From contig NW_014577084.1 in assembly GCF_000485595.1 (NCBI RefSeq), positions 657,882 to 700,386 of the forward strand: a DNA stretch of 42,505 bases, written 5' to 3'. The number at the start of each line of letters is the position of its first letter. Within the stretch, counting starts at the first letter, position 1. Both the position numbers and the translations under genes were made by a program. Positions 12,161 through 24,713 of this stretch are shown here, piece after piece. The notes beneath the pieces are model-generated. The model was not told the DNA's origin and ran no database searches. It was given only the letters and a program-made list of their open reading frames with translations. Source of the stretch: Priapulus caudatus. Lineage: Eukaryota.

Positions 12161-13573
12161 GTACCGGCGTATTTGGATGCTCGCCCGAAACTGGACGCTC
12201 ATAAACACTACTCCTGTTAATGTTAATAATAATGTTAATAATAATGCGAGGAGGAGGAGGAGGAGGAGGAGGGGAGAACGGATGGAGAACGGAGGAGGAG
12301 CGAGTGAAGGAGGAGGAGGAGGAGAAGGCTTTGAGAGTAGGGAGGAGGAGCGGAGGAGTGTTTGAGTAGGGAGGGAGCGAGGAGGAGGAGGTAGGACGCA
12401 GGGATGGACGGGAGGGTAGGAGCGCAGGTGAGGAGAAGGCGTGTTGGAGTGGGGGACGGATCGGAGGAAAAGGAGGTGTTTGGAGTAGGGAGGAGGGGGA
12501 GAGGAAGTGAGCGGGAGGAGGAGGAGGAGGAGCACAGGAAGAGGGAGGTGTTGGAACGAGTAGCGGAAGTAGGAAGAGGAAGGGGCCAGGGAGGAGGGGC
12601 AGGAGTAAGGTCTGACTCCAACCCTCCTCCTCCTCCTCCTACTCAACACCTCCTCTCTCCTCCTCCCTACTCAATACAACATTCTCCCCTCCTCCTGCTG
12701 CTACCCTGCCCCTACTCCTCCTCCTCCTCCTCCCTCCTGCCTGCCCTCACCTTCCCCCTACTCGCTCCTCCTCCCTCCCTCACCTTCCCCCTACTCCTCC
12801 TCTCGCCTGCCTTCATCCAAACTTCGCCCCTACTGCCTCCCGTCCTCGGCTACTCCAAACCACCTTCTTCCTCCTCCTCCCTCTTCCTTCCCTACTCAGA
12901 ACACCTTCCTGGCCTCCTCCTCACCTCCTCCTCTCTCCTCCTCCGTCCACCGCCCCCGCCCCGACTCACCCTCTCCCCCTACTTCGCTCTCCTCCTTCCT
13001 GCCTATAACCCAGTCTTTCTGCCGGCGGCCTCCTCGCCTCGCTCCTCGACCTCGCTCCTCCCTACCAAACACCTTCTCTCCTCCTCGCTCCTCCCTCTGC
13101 CTCCTCCTCTCCTCCTCCTCCTCTCCTTCACCTAACCCCCCTACTCCTCCTCCCCTACTCCAACACTTCTCCTCCTCCTCCTTCTCCCTCCTCCTCCCTA
13201 CTGCAACAACCTCTCCTCCTCCTCCTCCTCCTCTCCTTCTCCTCGCTCCTCATCCCTACTCACGCCTTCTCCTCTTCCTCCTCTTTCGCCTCCATACAAA
13301 ATAGAAAGAGCAAATGGCTACTATTGTCCGCTACGCGCCTGCAAAACAAGAGGCGGCCTGGCTGCGCCATGCGCACTTATGAGCGTCAATTTTCGGCGAG
13401 CGACCAAATACGCCGTACTCTCCGCGTATTTGGACGCTCGTAGTAGACACTTCCGGCATATTGCGGCTATGCGCTGTGTGCGCCTTTTGCAGAGAACAAG
13501 AGGCGCCCTGGCGCGCATGCGCACTTAGGAGCGTCCCAGTTCGGGCGAGCGGTCCAAATACAGCCGCCGGTAC
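12161..13573. repeat. Foldback: GGA-rich tract flipping to a CCT-rich tract, bounded by an inverted ~45-bp unit
   Basis: Purine tract 12248-12610 is followed by pyrimidine tract 12618-13293. GTACCGGCGTATTTGGATGCTCGCCCGAAACTGGACGCTCATAA (12161-12204) recurs reversed at ~13377-13418 and ~13525-13573. Confidence 0.8.
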
Positions 13574-14043
13574 ACTTCGATAACACAGTCGATATCAGAC
13601 CATGTCGCTGTCGATTTGAACTGCTGGCCTCACCGCAGCAGACCTACGTGTTTCTACTATGATCCCGGTATCGATATACTGCCTTTCCGCCTGCAGTCAC
13701 TATTTAACCCCGAGTGCGTTTACTTGGACGGTACTTTACTACTGGGGCGCTGCATCGTAGTCTGCGTTTTCTGAAGTCTACGGGAGATGGCGCAATAATT
13801 GTTGGCTGAAAAACCTCCCAATTCACGTCATCCCACGTCATCTACGCGTCGAAAGCAACTTCTGATCGAAGTCCGTTTTAAGTAGCTCTTCCCGGTGCTA
13901 GCTATCATACGCCTCGCATCCTCTGAGTGCTTGCACACGTCCCTCGCCCCGGGGAGCCAGCACAGTCATTCCCACCCCGGGAGTGCTGGCACACGTCCTC
14001 AGCATGCGGGTTGCAAGTCTTTCCCCCACCATGAGGAACTGGG

Positions 14044-14045
<2 letters not shown>

Positions 14046-14098
<53 letters not shown>

Positions 14099-14127
14099 TG
14101 TGTGCGCGCGCGCGCGTGTGTGTGCTG

Positions 14128-14171
<44 letters not shown>

Positions 14172-14338
14172 ATGTGTTGTCGCGTTTGTGTGCGTGCGTG
14201 TGTGTGATGTGTGTGTGTGTGTGGTGTGTGGGTGTGTTTGCGTGTGTGTGTTTGCGAGGCGTGCGATGCGTTAGCCTCGCGTGCGTGCCCGTAATGATCG
14301 TTCGTGTGCGATGTGTGTTTGTTTGGCGGCGTGTGTGT

Positions 14339-14400
<62 letters not shown>
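14046..14400. repeat. Compound (TG)n-(GA)n microsatellite
   Basis: Visible directly in the sequence. Confidence 0.95.
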
Positions 14401-14402
<2 letters not shown>

Positions 14403-15475
14403 TAAGAGAGAACGAGGAACCGTGTTCGTGAAGAAGAGCTGGAGTATATGCAGGCACGCGCGGCAGGGACGTGCGTGCGTGCTAGCGTGTGTGCGAGAGA
14501 GAGAAAGTTGCGTGTATGTAAGATGAAATCCTTGCGCAACCCTAATGCGATTGTATGCAACACAATGTACACAATATGATGCCTACACAATGTCCTGAGC
14601 TGCGAGGATATTTAATGAATTAGAAATATTGTATGTCAGAAATGTATAAATGTATAAAACGATGGTAAACCTGATTATTTTTACAATTGACCAGAACCAT
14701 GGTATTTAAAAATTCCTATTCTACCTTCCAGTAGTATATTCCTATACAGTAATATATCTGCTAGTTTGCTGCACAAATACGACCTGGATACCTACCTGTT
14801 CATGTGCACACTCAAGAATACATGTGCAAACTCGTGCATACAGTTGAATACTTTTGAGCTCGTTCTGTTTGGGATTTAGTTTTATTAAATAAAGCAATTC
14901 CATTTTGTTGACGTTGAACGTTGATAATCAACAACGCAGGTACGCGCAGATGCACGCGCGCACGCACACACATGTAAGTATACAAATACAGGCACACGCA
15001 CGCACACAGACACACGCGCACGCTATACTAGCCGAGCATGATTCACCACTACACATCGTGAACAGAATGTTGCAGCGAGCGTTTGCAGTTAGTGTCACGC
15101 AGCTTGCAGACTGGCCCGTATATAACCTGCGTAGAAAATTACTGCGGTCTCATGCTCCCTATACGTAATGCGAATGCGCAGCGTAGGGGGCTAATACGCA
15201 CGTGCTAGCTCCAGGGCTGTTGTTACCATCTTCATGGACATAGCCGCGTAATAATCATTGCCGACTAGAGGGAGCCCTATACTCGGCACGCGCCGATAGC
15301 TCGCAGAGCGAGATCGATTGATCTGCACGATTGCGTCCATTGATTCACTCGCTTAATATTTATTGGGATTCGTTTCGAACATTTGGCCGCATTACTGGAG
15401 TAATTTTGAAAGCTCGATGCAGTTCACGGGCTATCAAGCTGTGGGCAGAGTTGGTAAGGGGGCTCAAGGCGAAGG

Positions 15476-15478
<3 letters not shown>

Positions 15479-15542
<64 letters not shown>

Positions 15543-16350
15543 NNNNNNNNNNNNNNNNNNNNNNNNNNNNNNNNNNNNNNNNNNNNNNNNNNNNNNNNNN
15601 NNNNNNNNNNNNNNNNNNNNNNNNNNNNNNNNNNNNNNNNNNNNNNNNNNNNNNNNNNNNNNNNNNNNNNNNNNNNNNNNNNNNNNNNNNNNNNNNNNNN
15701 NNNNNNNNNNNNNNNNNNNNNNNNNNNNNNNNNNNNNNNNNNNNNNNNNNNNNNNNNNNNNNNNNNNNNNNNNNNNNNNNNNNNNNNNNNNNNNNNNNNN
15801 NNNAGGAGAGAGAGAGAGAGAGAGAGAGAGAGGAGGAGGAGGACGAGGAGGACGAGAAAGAGGATGAGTCGGAGGAGGATGTGAATGGGAAAGAGCACGA
15901 TTAAGAGCGAGAGGCAGGGCGAAAGGGAAGCAATGGAGGTGGGAAGGGGAAAGTAGGAGGAGGAGAAGGTGAAGTAATAGAATGCGGAGAAGGAGAATGA
16001 GGAGGAGGAGGAGGAGAAAAAAGAAGAGGAATAAAAGGTAAGATGGAAGAGGAGGTGTAGGAGTATAAGCAGTGGGAGTGGGAAGCATAAGGAGTAGGAG
16101 TCGAAAAAAGAAGAAGGGGAAGGAGGAGAGGGAGGAGCTGCACGAGGAGGAGGGGGAGAAGGCGAGGGAGGAGGATGAGGATGTGGAGGAGAAAGAAGAA
16201 AAGATGACGGTAGAAAGGTACAGAGGTGTAGGAAATAAGCAAGGGATGAGTAGAATGAGAGGAAGGCGGCTGAGAGTGAGGAACGCGAGCATGAAAGTTA
16301 GACACTATAGCAAGGGAGACAAAAGGGTGAGTGTTGGAGAAGGGAAATAA
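15479..16350. repeat. (AGT)n tract, N-gap (15543-15803), then (GA)n and GGA-rich low-complexity sequence
   Basis: Visible directly in the sequence. Confidence 0.9.
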
Positions 16351-17420
16351 TATAATGGAGCTTGGAGGGCAATTCACTGATGTGGCACTGCAAGGCGTTT
16401 TACAGGGCGATGAAGGCGGGATAGAATATGAAGTAATTTGAGTCAATTCATATTGCTAATAATATGGTATCTAGGCTTCCTGTGGTCGATCAGCCGGTTT
16501 AATATTTGCAGTAGATATAGGAGCAATTTTGAACGTTTTCAAATATAAATCAAACTTTTCCGTGAACGACAAAAGATGAATTGAATTCCATATAATATCA
16601 TTAGTGTCATTATGTGTTCGAGCTTTTATTTTTATCGATGTACTGAACGCGTCAGTTCCTCTACGCCAGAAAAATTACTTTGGCACTATGATAATACGCC
16701 TATTGCGGAAATAGCGTAGCGCATGAAGCGGTTTAATATAATACTATTCAGATGAGGTGATGTGCGGACTATACAGAAGGGCTTCATAATATTCTGGAAA
16801 ATCAAATCAAAGGCAGAAATGAGGAGCTCGCTATAGCAAAACACCTGGCACTGATGTATGGTAGTTACGTTTTAATGGTGGCGGTGGGAATTCTCCCCGA
16901 CCAACGTTCGATGGCTATATACGTGGTCGTGCGCGCGCGCGGAATCGACTAATGCTTAAATCATTAGGCGTGTTATATTACACGCACCACGAGCCGACGA
17001 TCGGTTGCCATGCTCAACTAATAATCTAAGTAGCGCGGCGGACGCGCGGTAAGCGATGTCCTGCCCACCCTCCCGTGTGTACCATGCACAAACTCATTTC
17101 GCGTGCGAACGCCCACGTCGTACCAAACTAATTTGCTCTCCGCGCTGCCGTCCGCGGCATCGGGCGATTCAGAGCGGCACAGAAGGAGAGACATTATCGC
17201 TCGGACGCATCGGCTGGACACTGGTCATTAAAGCTAGAACGCCCGTGGGTCGGCTGCTGCTGCTGCTGAGTAGATCGCGGATAGAAATGGGTTGTCCAGT
17301 TAATCGCGCGGAATGCGATAGCAATTCCATTATGCGGAGTTACGCATTAACGGAAATGGGTTTTAGTGGTAGAATGTTCATGCTAACTGTTATGGTTGAG
17401 CTTCGTCAAACATTTATTGG

Positions 17421-17945
<525 letters not shown>

Positions 17946-20900
17946 AATTATTTAATTACTTATTTATTTATTCATCTTATTTACTTGTATTTCTTTATAT
18001 GTATGCACGTGCATAACTGTGTGCGTGCATGTGTGTTATGTAACTAGACCTCTATTTCACCTCTGGCCTATATACCAATGAACGCATGCATATATATATA
18101 TCGCTCTCTTTTTCTCGCGCCATCTCTCTCGCGTCTCTTTTCTCCCCCCCTCCCTTGTCATTTCCCTGTGTCTCTGTCTTGCGTCTTTTCTCCTTTCCTC
18201 TTTTAATCTTCGTCCCTGCATGTACTGCACTCGCTCTTCTACTCCTCTTTCCTACGTACATATGTGGGGTATTCCCGGTACATCGTACTGTACGCATATG
18301 GGCGCATGTCAAATCTAACCTGGCTTTATTCCCTGTGAACGTGAATATAGATCCTCTTATGTGTCGCTCCTGAGCAAGAACGGTTCACAGGCAACCATTA
18401 GGTTAGTAGCTCTACAGTGTGCTTGAGGAATTAGTAATTCGGACCATTCAACAAAACATAGGATTAAAATGCCGCTAGCGGCGTGTGGCGCGTTGTCTGT
18501 GACGAACACTGACAGTCACCAGTGTGAGGGTAGGAGCAACAGTGCATGATATGTGTAGATGAATATTAACGGGAAGCAAAAAAATTACGACTAAAGAATG
18601 CGGAGTGTTCACGTCGCTGACTATATATTTTGATACATGGAGGGGAAGTTTGGTAGTAATGCGTTGGCTCGAATGATGGCGCAAATGATTAGGATTAACG
18701 ATGTTATGGCGATAGTTACTCTGTTGAGTAAAAAGAAACTGGGGATAGTAAGGCGTGGCAGAGCCTGAGGTGAGAGATCGAGATCATAGCGGTATACTGC
18801 GGGAGTATTGAAAGTGCCTAAAATTTCACCCTAATTGTCCTAGGCCAAAAAGTGCAAGCGTGAGCGCACGGAACCTCCACTGTAAGAGCGGATATCAAAA
18901 GTTGTTAAATTAATATTCAAAATTGCGTGTTATTTCACCAGGTGCGTATGTACTATCTATTGAGTTATAGTAAGGGTGATTATATACAGCCCTCGCAAAG
19001 TACTTATACTCCGAGGTCTCCTCTAAATTTAAATGGGTCAACTAGCCTGATACACTTCATGTATGCTAATTTTGTAATCTATTTTCTCAAAGATATATCC
19101 CAAACAACTAATATAATATCTATAAATAAATACTAAAATAACGAACAGCATTGTGTATCAATATTATAACGAATTAATTATATGATACCGTGTTGAAAAA
19201 ATTCAACCATTCTTATAAACGAGACGCCTTCTAACGTGTTAAAAATGCGCATTTTGCTGTAATGACGCGTAATCTGGCGCCACTAATGTGACACATTTGC
19301 CTTCCCATTTGAAATTCTTTGATTGACCCCGGCTATATAGTAACAATAAGGAGCTCACGGCCTACGGGTACCGGTTATGCCAGAAAGTACACATTGAATG
19401 TGTCTGCTGAGACTCTAATCCATCTAAAATCAGCGCTACGCTGCCGCCTTTAAATGTCGTTAGGTAACCAAGTGCTAACCGTCGCGTTTCGCCTCATAAT
19501 CAGACGAAACGCTAGGACAAATATATAGGAAGAGTGCCACTGATTGGGAATTAAATTGTACTGGTCGCAGAACGCGCAAGAATATATATATTTGATGAGT
19601 TTATTAGGAGTCATACATCAGAGTGAGCATGAATATAGATATTAAGGTCTATAATTTCTACCATTTTATTAATTATAGCGAGGATTAATTAAGCATAAGC
19701 CAATCCGAGCACCCTGTAGAAATTTCTGTTAACTCGGGTATGTGCGATAATCAATAGTTAGTGCCTATAGAACAAGGACACCAGACAGAAATTTCACTAT
19801 GAAAGCATATTATCGTAGATGCGTCGTACTCAACAACCATACAGATTGTTTTTAATCTGTTTTTGATACACGTATATAGCCAGAGTCTGTTTCTAGTTAA
19901 GGTGTTAGGGAACAGTCAAACCATTCTTTAAGTAAGTCCCAGCGCGATTTTCTTAGAGCTGCGATGGAGACCTGTTGAGGAATATAGAGATCTTAGAAGA
20001 TTGAATGTACAGCGCAAGAACATGAGTACTTGGGCATAGTGGAGAGCACACAGATCGCGTAGTGCGTGCTCCAGTGTGAATACTGACATGAAAGCCGTTC
20101 CATTCCTGTCTCGGAATCTCGTCTAGGACTACCTGTCAGTTAGAGTTATAGAGACAGAATGAGCAATATCCTAGAGCTTATGAGTTTTTGCACACCTGAC
20201 TTGCAACGTTTCCGTCGTATTAAAATACAGCGCTCACATGGTTGCAACAACGAGGAATGAACTTATATATGATCCTCCGAGTGTGACATTATTCCTCCGG
20301 AAGTTATATTACGAGCACAACTCGGAGGACTAGACTAACGGTGTAAGGTCTAAAATCTGATCCAATTGATCTGGTGTCTTTATCCTCGCTGATGAAGGCA
20401 TATTCCCATATGAAACAACGACCAGAGATTGAAACGAATATACGGTGTATTCTAATTACCAATTAACTTAATTTTATTACCGAGTTTTAAGTGTTCTTAA
20501 TTAGTTATATATTTATACAAATTCTCTAATAAAGATCCTTGATATTTCGGTTTACCTACTTGTTTAGTAAGCAATTCTCTATTGAGTAGTGTCCTCTCAT
20601 TTGACAGCTGATTAGTGAGAATAATCATATTTATTAAGCAAGTAAAGTGCGAACGTACTTTATCAGTTCCTTAAAAAAGTATAATAGCTAACGTAATAAG
20701 CAATATTCAAGGAATAAGAAGCGATTCTGCTGCAATATTTGTAATCCTAATCACTAGATTTTTAAAAAAAAACAATAAATGACACCATTTGAGTTGCTTT
20801 ATATTGAAGCGACCCTGCACACTGGTTGTGGATATATGCCCGGAAATTGTTGAATATAGACTATTCATGTGAAGACTTGCCGCTAATATAAATTGTTAGT

Positions 20901-23900
20901 GACGGTGTATTCGTAATATATACACATTGTCCAATAGAGCTTACAATGGTGAAGGCGCGAATAGTTACCGATTTAGGTTCTTGAGCTGACTAGTAATTAT
21001 TCTATGAGTTGTTGCGTACAGCATCATTATGTGGATATGGGGTAAGTGTCATAGATGCTGCGTTTTTCATGTATATTTTGTAATTCTTGGATCCGCGAGA
21101 AACCGTGCAAGATTGCTGTAGTTTTCAACTATGCCGAAGAGCTTTCGGGGTCTAACGCTAACCTGTCTGGGACATCGAAGGTTGCGGGGGTGGGAGGCAA
21201 TCCAAGTGAAAGCGATAAGAGGCTTTCCTGTTGAAACACGTGGATCTAGCAGTGTATAATAGATAAGCGGGAGCTTCCTGCCGCGCTGTTCCAAGCAGGT
21301 GGAGGAGCGGAGAGTTGCCACTCAGAAGCCTGTGCGAGTGTGGTCTATTCACGCCTCTTGTTAATAGGATGGTAGCGTACGTCACGCGAAAAACTGTTAT
21401 AGGATTTGCAAGCTTCCCTGTAAAATATGAATTAAACACGAGATAAATTTCGTTGTGTTGCGTTTACTGCCTTGTTCCTAATGTGCTGTAAGAAGTCGAG
21501 ACAATAATCCCGCCGGTCCGGGTTCGCTTTCGATGGAGGGCATGTAGCTTTGCCGAAAAATCAGTAAAGCGCGAATACCAAAGGGCGATAAATGTCGCGA
21601 GTAGAGGCATGCCATCGCCGTGGAGGGAAAAGCAGGAGACCCAGGGTGTTCGGTGCCAAATGTGTCCCGGCACGTGTCCTTCCTTCAGAAAACTGCGAAA
21701 AGCGATATATATATCCCATAAAGAAGCTTCTACTTCGCGGCGTCATAAGCGTGAGGAAACCAAACCTGTCGTTGTCAGGGCTAAGCCGTATTTGTGTGTG
21801 TGTATTAAGCCTGCGTGATTGCTACTATTTGCGCGTAGATCAAGTTGATAAAAGCCGAGGCTTGTGCTGAGAATCTAGAGAAAAATTGCGCAGTGTGATA
21901 ACATCACTTAGAAATGGAAAGATCTGATGATCTCAGAAAAATAACGGGAGTGAGTGGTAAATGCGCGGGTGAAGCCTATGTACAAAATTGCGTTAATTCG
22001 GTGATGTCCACAGCTGTGCCTCATGTGGTAAACCCTAGTATCTGATAGGACTGACTCAGTAACAGTCTCTATGACGTTCGGCATGGCAGGAAAGTTCACC
22101 TGTAACTTATTTCTCTGAGCATAACGACAGGTGTTCCAGCTGGTGAATGTTGGCGTGGGTCTAAAGTATTCTGAGACAATGAATGGGAACCAACGTCTAG
22201 CTGAGATCGATAAAGTTCAAATGTAAAATGTGTGCGGCGACTGGTTATAGGAGCCTGGTATTCAAGAACGGGAATTAAGAAATCTTACCCCACAGAGGAT
22301 CAGAGGCAGAGTTTAGTGGATAACTTCTTGACATGCCTTATTCGGTTGACGCAAATGTCTATAATGGACGAGTTCGAGATCGACAAAACGATTAAACTCC
22401 TGCTTTCCCTGATTTAATAAACTTCCCCCAACGCTTCAAAACACAATAAGTTGCAGCCTTGTGTGACTAGAGCATAATTTTGTGTATAAGTTCTGCGGAT
22501 TTGTGTGCGATGAATAATAAAGCGAACGAATGAAATTCACGAGAGAAGATGCTGAGTGTCACCTTTCTAGAGACACACGTCTAAAAGAATACGATTAAAA
22601 TCAAATTAGAATTCGCGTTTCGAAAGAAAATGACCGAAATATGTGAAATTGTTTTATTAAAATGAATAATTTTAGAATCACCAAAATATCTTTCGTATCA
22701 TTTTTCACATCAAAATATCGTATGCGGCGGTTTAAAGTTGTAAGAGAAATAATCGAACAACATTACAATGATAGTATTTGGTGCTTTCTTGACTTTAAAA
22801 GATAATTTTTAAGTAAAAAAATGTTTTTTTAGCCCAGTACGCCGACGCTATCCGCTTTTAAAAAAAAATTTGATTTGGAAACCCGTGAGAACGATCACTC
22901 TCTCCACATTTTATTTTATGCCTAATAAGTCGAATTATATCAGCTATGTTGTAAGCAATTGACTATTACGAATTGAAAATCGCCCAAGATATTTTCAAAT
23001 AGTATACAGATCTGTTTAAATTGTGGAAATTTGAGATGTAATAATCAATGCTTAGTCAATGTTTCTAAAAAGACCGAAAAAAATGAAATTCACTGCCCGT
23101 TTTCGCAGCTCTAAAAAGAATTATATTTGGCAGCTCAGCGGCTATAACGCGACACACGTCCGCTGTGCTGCACAACGTTATTCTCGTGCGTCGAGGTGTG
23201 AAAATAATACTCGCTTGTTGATGTATAGAAAATTGAGAGCGAGGAATGTATTTACACGAGGCAGGCGCCACACTGTCTGTTGGGCTGTCTGGGGGGTTTT
23301 AAGCATACGGTGTTCCGGGAGCGCGCGACACTACAGCCTGGCGTCCTAGTGTATTATGCTTCTCAATGAGCAGGAAATTCGGGTGAAAAGCTTTAAAAAT
23401 TATCTCGCGTGCCTTAAACACAGGATAATGCCAGTTTTATGTGACTGGGCAAGATTATGTCACTAGATTTTATAATGGATGTCTCCCAGCCCAGTTGGTA
23501 TGGCTCTCATATAGCCGAAAACTACCAAATTAATGTGTTATTAAAGCAGCGCGAAAGCGAAATCCAGGGCCCCATTGTGTTACTCTAACGAATCACTCTT
23601 TCCACCCGCATCGAGACTGTCGCTCCTTGCACTCCGTTCGTTCGTGCCGGCATAAGATTCTACTAATTCTCCTTGAAGTGGGCCAAGGAGATAAAGGTCA
23701 AATATCTAACACCAAAAATGTAAACTATTCGCATTTACGTGTATTATAACCACCATACTATGCCCACTGCCAATGACTCGGCTAAAATGCGTGCAGTTTG
23801 TTTCGCAGGTGGCAAATGAGGCTACGGTGAAAATCGCGTATTGCACACAAACTCAAAGACTCGTAGATGTCTACGTTCAGAGCGGAGATCGTGGTTGAGC

Positions 23901-24173
23901 GGCCGACTATTGCAGTGACGAGCAAAAACCATACTAGTCCGACACAACTCATTTTACGCGTGCGGAGTTTTAAGTGCGTGTTTAGGAGGTATGAGTATAC
24001 CGTGCGTGGAGCGTGGGTGCGGCGGATGGGGGAATCGGCACACGCAGATGTGTAGATTATCACGTTAATATGCAAAAATAGATGTCCTTTATATAACCTA
24101 TATATAATATATATATCATATCTACTATATTATCTATACTATCAAAAAGGGAACACTGAGTTTTTTCTGGTCA

Positions 24174-24633
24174 GCTATGTTTCTTTCTGATCTGCTCCGC
24201 ATGATTTGAAATTGCTTGATTCTGTAACGATGCATTAATAACTCATAGAGTAAATATTGGCGACTTTTTCAAGCGAATGAAAAACGATAAGTTGAATTGA
24301 AAGGCCGTTTATTTAACACTGTGTACGCGATACCATACCGGTAAATCGGACCGACGTCACTACCAAAGTAGTACGTGTTTGTTGACCAGCTTGCGCTGTG
24401 GAGCTATGTTCTCTGATGCTGCTGCATGATTTTGAAATTGCTTTGACTGTAAACGATGCATTACCAGACTCATAGAGTATATATTGGCCCACTTTTTTGC
24501 AAATGGATGAAGCAGAATAAAAGTTGAATTTGAAAGCGTTTTATTAACAACTGGCTTAAAAATAGCATACTGGTGTATCGAAGCGACTACCATTAACCGA
24601 ATGTAGTACGCGTTGGTTGCCAGCTTGCGCTGT
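24174..24633 (+). repeat. ~230-bp tandem duplication inside the Helitron
   Basis: Units 24174-24399 and 24403-24633 both run GCTATGTT...GCATGATTT(T)GAAATTGCTT...ACGATGCATTA...CTCATAGAGTA..ATATTGG...GTAGTACG...CCAGCTTGCGCTGT. Confidence 0.85.
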
Positions 24634-24713
24634 CCGCGCAGTGGTTAGTAACGCTTGCAAGTGTGTCTATGCGTTATAGGGGTCGGCAGTTCGAAAGTCG
24701 ACAGCCGCGGACA
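24632..24713 (+). pseudogene. tRNA-like / SINE-head sequence inside the Helitron
   Basis: GTCCGCG (24632-24638) pairs with CGCGGAC (24706-24712) as an acceptor-like stem. There is an A-box-like GCGCAGTGGTTAG, a B-box-like AGTTCGAAAGTC and a following A-rich tail. The D-arm spacing is too short and the anticodon arm cannot be assigned. Confidence 0.5.

Noticed and set aside
12134..13135. Pro/Ser/Leu- and Glu/Gly/Arg-rich ORFs (also 15901-16446 and 37760-38116)
   Set aside because: They come from low-complexity GGA/CCT and GA/CT tracts and show no domain signal.
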